Assembly (NCBI GenBank): GCA_963737635.1
Contig: CAVTTL010000001.1
Location: forward strand, 960,001 to 1,024,000
DNA from: an uncultured Methanoregulaceae archaeon
Lineage (GTDB): Archaea > Halobacteriota > Methanomicrobia > Methanomicrobiales > Methanospirillaceae
DNA: 64,000 bases
Reading direction: 5' to 3'
In this document: positions 10,745-20,908 of the stretch, one piece after another
Layout: the number at the start of each line of letters is the position of its first letter
Position numbering within the stretch: the stretch's first letter is position 1
Translations under genes and position numbers: made by a program
Notes under the pieces: model-generated
What the model saw: only the letters and a program-made list of their open reading frames with translations
The model's database searches: none
What the model was told of the DNA's origin: nothing

Positions 10745-12033
10745 GGAACGAGCCGGTGCATGTCACGCGGGAATAGTACTGCTTCACGGACATTTGAAAG
10801 TCCGAGCATTGTCATGATAAGCCGTTCGGCACCAAGTCCCCACCCTGCGTGGGGCGGCATCCCATACCGGAACGGGCGAAGGTAGAACTCGAAGTTCTCG
10901 GGGTTGAGGCCCTTCTTTTGGATTTGCCGGACAAGAAGATCGTACTGGTGGATACGCTGGGCACCGCTTGAGAGCTCCATTCTCGGGTGCATCAGGTCGA
11001 ATGCTTTACAAATAGACGGATCATCCTCATACGGCATCGCATAGTAAGGGCGGATCTCGGTCGGCCAATCGGTGATAAAATAATGGCTTCCCATCTCGTC
11101 CCCAATTGAATGTTCTGCAGCAGCAGAAATGTCGTCGCCGTACTTGATCGATTCGCTGCACGTCTTCTGTGCAATCTCGATCGCTTCGCGATATGGCAGC
11201 CGGGTGAACGGAGTTTTTGGCACCGCAAAGTCCGTGCATTCGAGGTTTGCCAGCTGGTCGCTGCAGCTCCTGTTCACGTACTCGTAGGTCTTGACGATAA
11301 GCTCCTCAAGAATTTTCATGACCTCATGATGATCCGCATAGGAGACCTCGATGTCGATGCTGGTCGCTTCGTTGAGATGCTTGGTTGTGTTGTGCTCCTC
11401 GGCACGGAAGATCGGCCCAATTTCGCAAACCTTCTCAAAACCACCTGCCATCATCATCTGTTTGTAAAGTTGCGGGCTCTGGTTAAGGAACGCCTCTTTA
11501 TCGAAATATGCAATAGGAAAGAGTTCTGTCCCACCTTCGGTTGCGGCAGCGACAACCTTTGGGGTAGTGATGCCTATAAAACCTTCTTTGTGGAAGAAGG
11601 TGTTGACAGCGTGCATCGCGGCGCTACGAATCTGGAAGACAGCGGCGACCCTCGGCCGGCGCACATCAAGGAACCGGGCGTCAAGCCGGGTGTCGAGCTC
11701 TGCCCCAACTTTCTCTGAAACATCAAGCGGAAGGGGCGTTTCGGCAAGATTGATGATCTCAAAAGATTCCGGGATAAGTTCCCTTCCTCCCGGCGCCTTC
11801 TCCATTGCCTTTACTATCCCGGAAATCCGGACGACGGATTCCCTCGACACTTTTTTTGCAGCGGTGAGAACTGCTTCGGATGCCTTCTTTTTCGGGATGG
11901 TTACCTGGATGATCCCGGTTCTGTCGCGGATCAGAAAGAATGCGAGCCCCCCAAGGTCCCTGACCTCGTGGACCCATCCGCAAACTTCGGCATGGCCGGT
12001 ATCAGGTATCACTGATTGTATAGGTACACGCAT
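10741..12033 (-). CDS. aspS: Aspartate-tRNA(Asp/Asn) ligase, archaeal type
   Basis: [13 protein letters not shown] fold, [27 protein letters not shown]. Confidence 0.97.
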   Translation of the reverse strand: MRVPIQSVIPDTGHAEVCGWVHEVRDLGGLAFFLIRDRTGIIQVTIPKKKASEAVLTAAKKVSRESVVRISGIVKAMEKAPGGRELIPESFEIINLAETPLPLDVSEKVGAELDTRLDARFLDVRRPRVAAVFQIRSAAMHAVNTFFHKEGFIGITTPKVVAAATEGGTELFPIAYFDKEAFLNQSPQLYKQMMMAGGFEKVCEIGPIFRAEEHNTTKHLNEATSIDIEVSYADHHEVMKILEELIVKTYEYVNRSCSDQLANLECTDFAVPKTPFTRLPYREAIEIAQKTCSESIKYGDDISAAAEHSIGDEMGSHYFITDWPTEIRPYYAMPYEDDPSICKAFDLMHPRMELSSGAQRIHQYDLLVRQIQKKGLNPENFEFYLRPFRYGMPPHAGWGLGAERLIMTMLGLSNVREAVLFPRDMHRLVP

Positions 12034-12221
12034 CAAAATCATAGTACAATGGTACGGGGGGGATAATGGATTTTATGGGAAGGATCAAGAACCGATCTCC
12101 TACGTAACCGGACCCGGGCAAGAATGATCCGATTATAGGTAACATGCACTCCCAGAACGATTCGGTGGCTTTTCATTCTTCCATCTGGATTTATCGCTAG
12201 ATCCGCGAAATATATGATGGT

Positions 12222-12732
12222 ATGATGGATCTATCCCCCCATACGTCCGGCCGCGGCGATGGCAGCATACCTGACAGAACGAAGATCCTGCTCGGTATCG
12301 TCGCCGGTATCATTATAATAGTCGCTATTGCCGCAATCCTGACCTTCACGATGACCGTCACCCCCAGTAGACTCTAGTGTAAGGCTTCCGTTTGAGACGC
12401 ACTACGCGGTCTCCTTCCCGGACGGAAATGCGGTCACGATTGGCAGCAGCCACATAGCGGTTATGGCATACAACGGTTCAATCACCACCGATGTAGATGG
12501 CGATCGAGAGCAATTGGTCACCGGTCAGACACGGATCATCAGTCCCAGGCATGCGACGATCTCGATATTTGGGGTCCCGCTTTATAATACCGATTTCCAG
12601 ATCACCCTGCAGTACCTGGGGTCGACTAGCCAAAAAGATAATTTCGATCTGACCGTAGCGACGTCGCAGAAGATACCGTCATTCCTTCTTGACCGTCTCC
12701 TTCCCTCTTCTGTGACTACCCATCAGATGTAA
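12222..12732 (+). CDS. Hypothetical membrane-anchored protein (apparent frameshift near 12370)
   Basis: MMDLSP...KILLGIVAGIIIIVAIAAILTFT TM segment in one frame continues into the frame of ORF 12463..12732. Confidence 0.6.
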
Positions 12733-12773
12733 TACCGTTTTTCCGTAAAACGAAGCGATAAAAGGGATATAAT

Positions 12774-13727
12774 TTATTCTTTTTCGAGTTGCTTTTTTGC
12801 CTGTGTGAGATGCCGGATCTGATCATCGGAGAACACGGGGTACGAAAGGCTGAGCCCCCTAATTGCTGAAGTGACTGCTTCGGCAACAAAGGTGCGAGCC
12901 ATCCACTTATGATCTGCAGGCACGATAAACCACGGTGCATACGCCGATGATGTCGCAGCGAGCATCTCTTCATATGCGGCCATATATTCATCCCAGTACT
13001 GCCTTTCTGCAACGTCGGAAAAGGAGAACTTCCAGTACTTTTCCTCATGGTTGAGCCGGTCGAGCAGCCGTCGTTTCTGCTCGTCCTTCGAGATATTAAG
13101 GAAGAATTTTAAGACAATGGTGCCGTTCCGGACGAGATGCTTCTCAAAGGCATTGATATCTTTATACCTTCCCTCCCAGAACCCTTTCACGCCCGGCCCG
13201 ATTGCCTCGGGAAGTTCTTCCATGCGCTCCGGATGCACATGAACGACGAGGACGTCCTCATAATAGGAACGGTTGAATATGCCGATCATCCCACGCTCAG
13301 GGAGTACTTTTTCGTATCTCCATAAAAAATCGTGTGCATGATCCTCGGCCCCGGGTACTTTGAATGAATGAACGTCGCAGCCTTGGGGATTCACACCGGA
13401 CATCACATGCCGGATTGTGCCGTCTTTTCCCGCGGTGTCCATTCCCTGAAGTACGATTAAGATACTGTACCTGTGGGATGCTGCGAGGAGCTCCTGCGCA
13501 TCAGTAAGCTCTTGGCGATCTTTTGTCAGGAGATTTTTAAGGAAATCTTTTGTCTCTTCTTCACTTTTCGTTTTCAGGGACTCATGCTGCACCCAGCCCG
13601 TATCGTAATTTTTTAAATGGATCTTTTTTTTCGGCTCTGCAATGAACCTTTTCAGGTATTTTTTAAAGTCGGGTCCGTTAATGTCCATATCGTATGCCCG
13701 TTTCCATCTGTCCCTCTCATTGTTCAA
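12774..13727 (-). CDS. ppk2: Polyphosphate kinase 2 family (class III-like)
   Basis: LQGMDTAGKDG Walker A, SFKVP, HDFLWR, FNRSYYEDVL, APWFIVPADHKW. Confidence 0.93.
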   Translation of the reverse strand: MNNERDRWKRAYDMDINGPDFKKYLKRFIAEPKKKIHLKNYDTGWVQHESLKTKSEEETKDFLKNLLTKDRQELTDAQELLAASHRYSILIVLQGMDTAGKDGTIRHVMSGVNPQGCDVHSFKVPGAEDHAHDFLWRYEKVLPERGMIGIFNRSYYEDVLVVHVHPERMEELPEAIGPGVKGFWEGRYKDINAFEKHLVRNGTIVLKFFLNISKDEQKRRLLDRLNHEEKYWKFSFSDVAERQYWDEYMAAYEEMLAATSSAYAPWFIVPADHKWMARTFVAEAVTSAIRGLSLSYPVFSDDQIRHLTQAKKQLEKE

Positions 13728-13767
13728 ATTTTCCGTTCGTACCAGCGTTACTCAAAAATGTGTCCGG

Positions 13768-14361
13768 TCAGAACCAGTAATTCTTTACAAAGACTTTTGT
13801 TTTTGAGACCCGGGCGGTATAGTGATGGAGTACCAGCGGGACGATAATGATCGTAATGACTGCACTTCCGACAAACCAGGGCAGGAATGCTGACATGAGA
13901 TTGTTCCACCTGATGACCCCTCCCATCGCAAGCGAAAGCGAACCCCATGCTGCCCCGATAACGTTGTTGAGGATAACTCCGAACAGAATGAGATGGAAAA
14001 GATCGCGGCGTGATTCGATGCCTACATTCACGTCAAAGATGCGGAATGCGGCCAGCGGGATAAGCACCATCCAGAGACTGGCAAACGAGAAGTAGATCGC
14101 CACAGATGCAGGCATTCCGGAGACGAGCCCGGAACCAAAGAGGCCTCCAATATACGCGGCAATTCCTCCGTACATGCCAAACCAGAGCGTAAAGATCAAC
14201 ATGAACGCAGCACTAATCGGGATCAATGCGACTCCTGGTGAAAGAGAGGGACTGATGATATGGGAAATCAGGAGGGAAAACCATGCCAGCAATGTGTTGA
14301 TGAAAATAAGCCCAATCACAAGGATGAGAAACGAATACGTCGGACGTGTAACAGTCTTCAT
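13768..14361 (-). CDS. Multi-pass membrane protein (MASE1-like sensor domain, standalone)
   Basis: About six hydrophobic helices; LWFGMYGGIAAYIGGL. Confidence 0.65.
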   Translation of the reverse strand: MKTVTRPTYSFLILVIGLIFINTLLAWFSLLISHIISPSLSPGVALIPISAAFMLIFTLWFGMYGGIAAYIGGLFGSGLVSGMPASVAIYFSFASLWMVLIPLAAFRIFDVNVGIESRRDLFHLILFGVILNNVIGAAWGSLSLAMGGVIRWNNLMSAFLPWFVGSAVITIIIVPLVLHHYTARVSKTKVFVKNYWF

Positions 14362-14495
14362 AAATAACCACTATCCCCATATTATCATCACCCCTAAATA
14401 GAATTTATCCTCTCTTTCCTAGAGGGATTCCTGTAAACAGAGGATTTTATGGACGCGTATCGTAATCATTGGGTAATGCCGGGGGTCACGCAACG

Positions 14496-14966
14496 ATGAT
14501 GATAATAGGAATTGATCCCGGGCTTGCACGGCTTGGCTACGGGGTGATCAGGGTGGACCGGGGCATCGCCACACCGGTTTGTTACGGCTGTATGGAGAAC
14601 CGGGCCGGGGCTCGCCCGGCAGAGCGCTTGCTGGAAATATACGACAGCCTTGTTTCCTTGTTCAATCGTTATCCCCCGGATGCCCTCGCGATGGAGAAGC
14701 TCTTTTTCTCAAAAAATATTACCTCTGCGATGGGAGTCAGCGAGGTACGGGGGATCATTTTTCTTGCCGCGGAGCAACGCCGGATACCTGTAACAGAGTA
14801 TACCCCAAACCAAATCAAGCAAGCCATCACCGGATCGGGTCGTGCTGATAAGGTACAGATGCAGTACATGATTACCCGGCTTCTTCATCTTGACGAAGTG
14901 CCACAGCCGGATGACGCCGCAGACGCCCTTTCGATTGCCTTATGTCATATCCACGTCATGAGATAG
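14496..14966 (+). CDS. ruvC: Holliday junction resolvase RuvC
   Basis: IIGIDPGLARLGYG, AMEKLFF, IKQAITGSGRADK, DDAADALSIA. Confidence 0.96.
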   Translation: MMIIGIDPGLARLGYGVIRVDRGIATPVCYGCMENRAGARPAERLLEIYDSLVSLFNRYPPDALAMEKLFFSKNITSAMGVSEVRGIIFLAAEQRRIPVTEYTPNQIKQAITGSGRADKVQMQYMITRLLHLDEVPQPDDAADALSIALCHIHVMR

Positions 14967-14970
14967 TACT

Positions 14971-15576
14971 ATGATCGCGCATCTGAACGGAACGCCGACC
15001 GCTACCGGCGACCGTTGGATTGTGTTGGAGGTTAATGATATCGGCTACCGGGTGCATATGCCGGAGCCAGAGGTATGCGAGCTCTCCCATGCTCCCGGCA
15101 AAGTAAAAATTCATACATACATGGCGGTGCGTGAGGACGCGATCACCCTATATGGGTTCCTGCACGAAAGTGAGCTCGAGCTCTTCACTGTCCTTATAGG
15201 TGTCTCCGGCATAGGGCCGCAAATCGCCCTTAACATCCTCTCCCAGATCTCTCTTGAGGATTTCGTTCTTGCCATTCTTTCCGGTGATGAAAAAAGTCTG
15301 GTAAGGATTTCGGGCATCGGACAAAAGGGCGCGCAGCGATTGATTCTCGAACTCCGGGACAAGATGAAAAAAGTTCAGGGATCTATGACTCAACCTCTGT
15401 CCGGAAAACAGGATCAAACTATCCGGGATGCGGCAAGTGCCCTCATTTCCCTTGGCTTTGCCGAGACTGCCTCGTACGAAGCGGTAAAAGTGGCAGCCCG
15501 GGGATTGACTTCCGCGTCTGTACAGGATGTCATCAAGGCCGCGCTCAAGCATCTTAAGGAGGCCGAACGAAGGTGA
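14971..15576 (+). CDS. ruvA: Holliday junction branch migration protein RuvA
   Basis: VREDAITLYGF, HhH motifs VSGIGPQ and ISGIGQK, ALISLGF. Confidence 0.96.
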   Translation: MIAHLNGTPTATGDRWIVLEVNDIGYRVHMPEPEVCELSHAPGKVKIHTYMAVREDAITLYGFLHESELELFTVLIGVSGIGPQIALNILSQISLEDFVLAILSGDEKSLVRISGIGQKGAQRLILELRDKMKKVQGSMTQPLSGKQDQTIRDAASALISLGFAETASYEAVKVAARGLTSASVQDVIKAALKHLKEAERR

Positions 15577-16580
15577 GCGAACGGGTCATCTCCCCGGAAC
15601 CAGCTGCATGTGATTCTGACGAGATCACGTTACGGCCGGCAACACTTAATGCCTTTATCGGGCAGGAACCGGCAAAAGACGCGCTCCGGATCGCGATTGC
15701 GGCCGCCCAGCAGAGAGGCGAGCCGATCGACCATATCCTGTTTGCCGGGCCGCCGGGTCTTGGGAAGACAACTCTCGCGCATATCATCGCGCGAGAAATG
15801 GGAGCGGCGATACGAACCACAACAGGCCCGGTGCTTGAGAAACCCGGGGATATTGCAGCACTCGTTACCGCACTCCAAGAAGGCGATGTGCTCTTTATCG
15901 ATGAGATCCACCGCATGAACCCGGTCGTCGAAGAGATCCTTTACCCGGCAATGGAGGACTTTTTTATCGATGTTATGATAGGTGAGGGGCCCAGCGCCCG
16001 ATCAATCAAACTTACGCTCGAGCACTTCACATTGATCGGAGCGACAACCCGGCAGGGTCTTCTGAGTTCGCCATTCAGAGACAGGTTCGGGATCATCATT
16101 CGCCTGAACCTGTATTCTCCCGGGGATCTTGTCGAAATCGTAAAACGGAGTGCGACGATCCTCAATATCCCGATAACACCGGATGGTGCGGCCGCGATCG
16201 CTGCCCGGAGCAGGGGAACACCAAGGATCGGCAACCGGCTCCTGCGACGGGTGCGGGACTACGCCACGGTGAAAGGGAATGGGACAATAACTGCCGAAAT
16301 TGCAGATGAAGGTCTCACTCTGCTCCAGATCGATGAACTGGGGCTTGACGATATCGATCGCCGTATCATATCGGTTATCGCGGACGATTTCGGTGGAGGC
16401 CCGGTCGGCGTAAAAACGATTGCAATCTCAGTAGGCGAAGAGGTCAGGACAATAGAAGAGGTCTACGAACCCTATCTTATCCAGATCGGGTTTGTGAAGC
16501 GCACCTCTCAGGGCCGGGAGACGACCCCCGCAGCACTTGCGCACCTTAAACTGAACCATACCCAGAAAACCCTCTTCTGA
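15573..16580 (+). CDS. ruvB: Holliday junction DNA helicase RuvB
   Basis: LRPATL...FIGQ, GPPGLGKTT, LFIDEIHR, RGTPR, EPYLIQ. Confidence 0.97.
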   Translation: MSERVISPEPAACDSDEITLRPATLNAFIGQEPAKDALRIAIAAAQQRGEPIDHILFAGPPGLGKTTLAHIIAREMGAAIRTTTGPVLEKPGDIAALVTALQEGDVLFIDEIHRMNPVVEEILYPAMEDFFIDVMIGEGPSARSIKLTLEHFTLIGATTRQGLLSSPFRDRFGIIIRLNLYSPGDLVEIVKRSATILNIPITPDGAAAIAARSRGTPRIGNRLLRRVRDYATVKGNGTITAEIADEGLTLLQIDELGLDDIDRRIISVIADDFGGGPVGVKTIAISVGEEVRTIEEVYEPYLIQIGFVKRTSQGRETTPAALAHLKLNHTQKTLF

Positions 16581-16698
16581 ACGAAGAAAAGATTCATAGT
16601 TTTTTCCCGGGGCTCGTCTGACTCATCCAAAAGATCCGGAATTCGGGGTGCAGACTAAAAAATGCCAAAGGGCATTCCCTGAAGTCTCATTAATCCTG

Positions 16699-17352
16699 CT
16701 AAAGAATCCTTGCTGTCCGATTGGAATGGACATGCCACATCACGACCCTCATCAGGAAGGGGAAGATCAAGTACATGTACATTGAGGAGAACGGTGCACT
16801 AAGAAGGATAAGTGCCATCCCAACAACTGCCGCAAGGATGATGGGAACCCGATCCATAACTGCATCCAGCACACGATCAGGATGCACCGGCCCGGTGAGG
16901 AGCGCCGGGCGGTGGATGATGTACTGCCACTGGATCAGGAAGAGACAACTGAGGGCCAACATATTTGCATGGAAGATAAGAGGTGCAATTGGGACATGTG
17001 AATAAGATCCAGAGAGGTTGGTCGAAAATGGCACCAGCACCACAAATATCAGGATCAGAACATTGAGCCAGAGCACGATTTTATCGACAGAACGGAGGAA
17101 ATGGAAGTGTTCGTGGTGTACGATCCAGAGACTTGCCAAGATAAAAAATGCGATAAGGAAACTGAGGAACTGCGGGAACATTGTGGCAAGATACGCGGGC
17201 AGCTCGGTAGCGGCCTCCGCTTTAGGAATGGCAGGTACATTAAGGCCGACCACAAGCAGGGTCATAGCAAAAGCAAATACCCCATCGACCAATGCCTCAA
17301 GCCGGCTTTTCGAGATCAAGGTATTGTCCAAAATTTCTTCTGACTCCATCAA
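16699..17352 (-). CDS. TMEM175-family (DUF1211) potassium channel
   Basis: SRLEALVDGVFAFAMTLL (RxxxFSD-like motif), LWIVHH, VLVPFST. Confidence 0.9.
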   Translation of the reverse strand: MMESEEILDNTLISKSRLEALVDGVFAFAMTLLVVGLNVPAIPKAEAATELPAYLATMFPQFLSFLIAFFILASLWIVHHEHFHFLRSVDKIVLWLNVLILIFVVLVPFSTNLSGSYSHVPIAPLIFHANMLALSCLFLIQWQYIIHRPALLTGPVHPDRVLDAVMDRVPIILAAVVGMALILLSAPFSSMYMYLIFPFLMRVVMWHVHSNRTARIL

Positions 17353-17531
17353 CCATCCTCAATAAATGGATTTTTGCATGTTTTACTTGTTTTCTTTTAA
17401 TTTCGATTGGAATGTCTAGGTATGTTTTTTCCGGGATTATTTCACAATCCTGATTATGCACCGAAATGAAAAAGGTGGTTAAGTCTCGCAATGGGGAATC
17501 CGGTTCTTTTTACTAAAAAAGATTTTGAGAA

Positions 17532-18719
17532 TTAGCAGGTATCGCGTTTCTTGATCATTTCCAGTGCTTCGAAGCCCTCGCGTCTCACGGAAACATTCTC
17601 GTCGGATAAAAGGCCGGTGAGGTGGTCAACCGCCTTCTGGTCACCAATTTCACCGAGGAGAAGAGCAGCCCGCTTCCGCACATCGCTCTGATCATCCTTG
17701 AGCACCATAATAAGCGGTGTCGTTGCCGGTTGCCCCAGCATCCAGAGTGCTTCCATGGCGCCTGTGCGTGTGCGCACATCGCCTTCACGGAAGACCTGCA
17801 TGAGCGGAGCAATCGCAGGTACTCCCAGTGTTGCAAGTGCCTTGACAACTTCGATCCTGACTGCCCTGTCAGTATCTGCGAGCGACTCAATGAGTGCAGG
17901 AATTGCAGTCGTATTCCCGATCTGGCCGAGAACCGCCGCGGCCTCTTTGCGGATACCCGGGTTCTGGCTGGACAGGGCGGCGATTAATGGCTCGACGGAA
18001 ATCTCCCCTATAGTGGTTAGGGCCAAGGCAGCCCTGCGGGAAACATCCTCATTTCTGTCGACGAGGGCCTGTATAAGGGGTGAAATCGCCGATTGACCTA
18101 GGGAGCAGAGTGTTGCCATTGCCGCCATCCGCACATGTTCCAAGGGATCGTTGAGGCTCTCAATCAGCGGAGCAACTGCACGCTGGTCACAAATCCTGCC
18201 TAGAGCGACAGCAGCCTCGTGCCGGACCCACGGGTCGGCATCTTTCAGGGTTTCAATCAGGTTTGGTACCGCCCGGGTCTCCCCCATGATCCCGAGGGCT
18301 TGGACGGCACCACGGCGGATAAAGGGATGGTTGTGCTTGAGCGATTGGATGAGCGGATTGACCGCCGGATCACCTATGAGCTGGAGTGCCCTGATGGTCT
18401 CCTGCCGGACATCTTCGCCCGGCTCGGTGAGTGCCCCGATCAGCGGTACGACCGCAGGTTCCCCTATTTTGCCCAGAGTATCGGCAGAGCCCCGCCTGAT
18501 AATCCAGAACTCGTCTTTGAGGCCATTGATAAGCGGCTCGATAAATGGTTCCCCGAGATCTCCAACAGATCTGACGGCATTCCACCGAGTATCAAGATCA
18601 CCGCTGGTCAGTGCCCTGAGGAAATTTTCATAGCGTTCCTTCTGGGCACGCAGCCGGGCCTCCTCCTCCTCACGGTTCCCGGACTTAAATACGTTGAGAA
18701 TTTTTTTAATGATCGCCAT
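17532..18719 (-). CDS. HEAT/PBS-lyase repeat protein
   Basis: Tandem PLIxxLxDxxxxVRxxAAxALG repeats. Confidence 0.92.
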   Translation of the reverse strand: MAIIKKILNVFKSGNREEEEARLRAQKERYENFLRALTSGDLDTRWNAVRSVGDLGEPFIEPLINGLKDEFWIIRRGSADTLGKIGEPAVVPLIGALTEPGEDVRQETIRALQLIGDPAVNPLIQSLKHNHPFIRRGAVQALGIMGETRAVPNLIETLKDADPWVRHEAAVALGRICDQRAVAPLIESLNDPLEHVRMAAMATLCSLGQSAISPLIQALVDRNEDVSRRAALALTTIGEISVEPLIAALSSQNPGIRKEAAAVLGQIGNTTAIPALIESLADTDRAVRIEVVKALATLGVPAIAPLMQVFREGDVRTRTGAMEALWMLGQPATTPLIMVLKDDQSDVRKRAALLLGEIGDQKAVDHLTGLLSDENVSVRREGFEALEMIKKRDTC

Positions 18720-18785
18720 GGATTTTCTCCCACGGGTTCATTGTTTGTATAAAATCCTTCAAATAGGTATCGGATGCCCGGGCTT

Positions 18786-18837
18786 TGCACGTAATGTCGA
18801 TCCTGCACGTAAAGTATTGATCTTGCACGTAAAGTCC
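18786..18837 (+). repeat. Left-end array of three TGCACGTAA boxes
   Basis: Copies start at 18786, 18804 and 18824 (18- and 20-bp spacing). Confidence 0.92.
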
Positions 18838-18870
18838 AGTTCTGGTAAGTCTACGAGAAAAAGAAGGAGG

Positions 18871-20277
18871 TTATTTGATTGACTTCAAGAGAGGATCATC
18901 TGCTCTATTAAGGTATAATTTTGCGGAGTTCCAGATCCCGTTAGATTTTGCTTCACGCATTCTTCGAGATTCCTCCGTATGGATCAACCTCATTGGCTTC
19001 GAGCAATTTATCCTGAAATCTCTATCCTTTGTTAATAGTTCCGGAGAGATCTTTTTAGGCAACCCCTCAATCGACGGGAATTCTCCGTGTTTTTTAATGA
19101 ATGTTTTTAGATCTTCAAGATTCATTTCAATGCATTTTTCGATAATCGGAGTTTTCCCAAATTTTGCTTCAGGATTTTTGGGGGCTCCACGTCTTCCATA
19201 TTTTTCAGAACCGCTAAGAAGACAACCGAATCCTTGAGTTGCATAATCCGTTAAATACAGTCCATACCATTTGGAGCGTGGGGTGATCACAGGGAGTTTG
19301 TATTCATGAGCAATATTCACGATATCATTTACAAACATTGCAAGCTGGGTTATCTTTCCCTTCTTTGCGGCATCCTCATACCCTTTGATTGTGACGGCAA
19401 CACCACCGAATCTTCCAGTGTTTATACCCTCTTTTACCATCTGTAATACGGTAGGAACATCATTACCCTGTCCAGGTTCAACGATATTCCAATCTACGTA
19501 AAGGTGGTAGTATGGGAATATGTCCTTTGCCTCAGTAGCATCTGACGCCATTTTGCACGCGAGGGATGCAGCTCTATTAGCCATCTTTATCCGAGATAAA
19601 AATGTCCTACTACTCGATTTTAACAGAGGTGGAACTGGCGGAATTACTATGGCATTAGGCATTTTTTGGGCTTCTGTAACAACTCCAAAAATATATGGGA
19701 AATATGCATCGTTGATTCTGGAATCGAGCCAAGCCTCTTCAAGATGCGATGATTTTTCATCATCAGCATTTTCGGTCTTAATATCGAGGTCTGATAATAT
19801 ACTCCGCATTTGCTTTTCAACGAATGGCTGGAAAAAGGGATCAACCATTTCGATTGCGGCCTTTTGATTATCCTTTTTCAAATAATTATTAAATTTTCTT
19901 GCTTTGCCCCTATCACCTTTTAAGGCGTAGGACACAAGAGTTTTTGTCAGAGTATATCTGAATAATTCAGGAGGATCGTAGAACATCACCGGATGTTCTT
20001 TCACAAAGTTTAGTGCCGACTGCAATCCTCTAAATGCATCCCCTTCTCTGAAAAGGGGATTTTCGATTAATTTCGTCCATCGATACGCGGGAACCATCAC
20101 AGGATTCCCGATGGGAAGAACTTTGCTGTTTTTTAATATTACCTCTATATCTTCATCGCCCTTAATTTCAGGGATAAATGAAGGTGCGGGGATTACAATA
20201 TCCCCGATAAGGTAACTTGTTGTTCTTCCTGCTGGCTGATCAAATACAAGAAATTGCTTTTGTTCTTGCTTCATCAT
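18871..20277 (-). CDS. Transposon cargo protein, 468 aa, putative TGT/Beta-like TIM-barrel of unknown function
   Basis: Long intact AT-rich ORF; GRTTSYLIGDIVIPAPSFIP start, MFYDP, AIVIPP, FGGVAV, LPVITPR, C-terminal RLIHTEESRRMREAKSNG; the fold call is inferred by eye. Confidence 0.55.
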   Translation of the reverse strand: MMKQEQKQFLVFDQPAGRTTSYLIGDIVIPAPSFIPEIKGDEDIEVILKNSKVLPIGNPVMVPAYRWTKLIENPLFREGDAFRGLQSALNFVKEHPVMFYDPPELFRYTLTKTLVSYALKGDRGKARKFNNYLKKDNQKAAIEMVDPFFQPFVEKQMRSILSDLDIKTENADDEKSSHLEEAWLDSRINDAYFPYIFGVVTEAQKMPNAIVIPPVPPLLKSSSRTFLSRIKMANRAASLACKMASDATEAKDIFPYYHLYVDWNIVEPGQGNDVPTVLQMVKEGINTGRFGGVAVTIKGYEDAAKKGKITQLAMFVNDIVNIAHEYKLPVITPRSKWYGLYLTDYATQGFGCLLSGSEKYGRRGAPKNPEAKFGKTPIIEKCIEMNLEDLKTFIKKHGEFPSIEGLPKKISPELLTKDRDFRINCSKPMRLIHTEESRRMREAKSNGIWNSAKLYLNRADDPLLKSIK

Positions 20278-20828
20278 GTTCCTCCGTAATTTTCTTTTAA
20301 CTCTTTCAAATCTTCTATAAATCGTTCCAATTGTTCAATTGGAACCATTATAGCGCCTTCTGAAGTCTCCCCCTCAAGAACAGAATATCTTTTTTCAAGA
20401 ATGTGGAAAAAGATATTATCATTTTTTCCTTGGGCGATAGTACTTTCGAGGATTGTGTCTTTGCAATCCAGTCTTCTCTTTCCCAAGTGATGTAGTGGTT
20501 TTCCGTTATGATAGTACAGTATTATCTTGTGGTTCTTTTTCTGAGAGTAAACTTCCCTTAACCCGATTAGTTTATCGAGATGTTTTTTAATCGAGACGCG
20601 ATTCAGGTGAGTAAGAGTAGATATTTCTTCGATGGTGAGCCCCGCTTTTCCGAATTCTCTAACGGCACGTCGAACCTTTTCTCTTGTGAAAGTCTCTCGA
20701 ACTTCGGGACTGAGATGTTTCCAGTTTTCTGAATCAAAGTCAAAGTAGTCACTAGTGACCGGGTTATCCAATTCTTCCAAGTCGCTTAACCTAATTGACG
20801 GTACAACATTTTTCGAAATCATTGCCAT
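20274..20828 (-). CDS. Transposon cargo winged-HTH protein with a possible C-terminal PUR/PC4-like domain
   Basis: GLTIEEISTLTHLNRVSIKKHLDKLIGLREVYSQK wHTH pattern; overlaps the downstream gene by 4 bp (ATGA). Confidence 0.7.
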   Translation of the reverse strand: MAMISKNVVPSIRLSDLEELDNPVTSDYFDFDSENWKHLSPEVRETFTREKVRRAVREFGKAGLTIEEISTLTHLNRVSIKKHLDKLIGLREVYSQKKNHKIILYYHNGKPLHHLGKRRLDCKDTILESTIAQGKNDNIFFHILEKRYSVLEGETSEGAIMVPIEQLERFIEDLKELKENYGGT

Positions 20829-20908
20829 CTCGAATAGATATTTGCATATGTTATATTTAAATTTTACTCGAATGGAGGGAAAATCAAAATAAATCCAGAG
20901 GTTTTATT

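Noticed and set aside
18786-18837. TGCACGTAA repeats as a mini-CRISPR array
   Set aside because: The repeats (9-14 bp) and spacers (about 10 bp) are far too short, there are no cas genes, and the boxes coincide with transposon ends.
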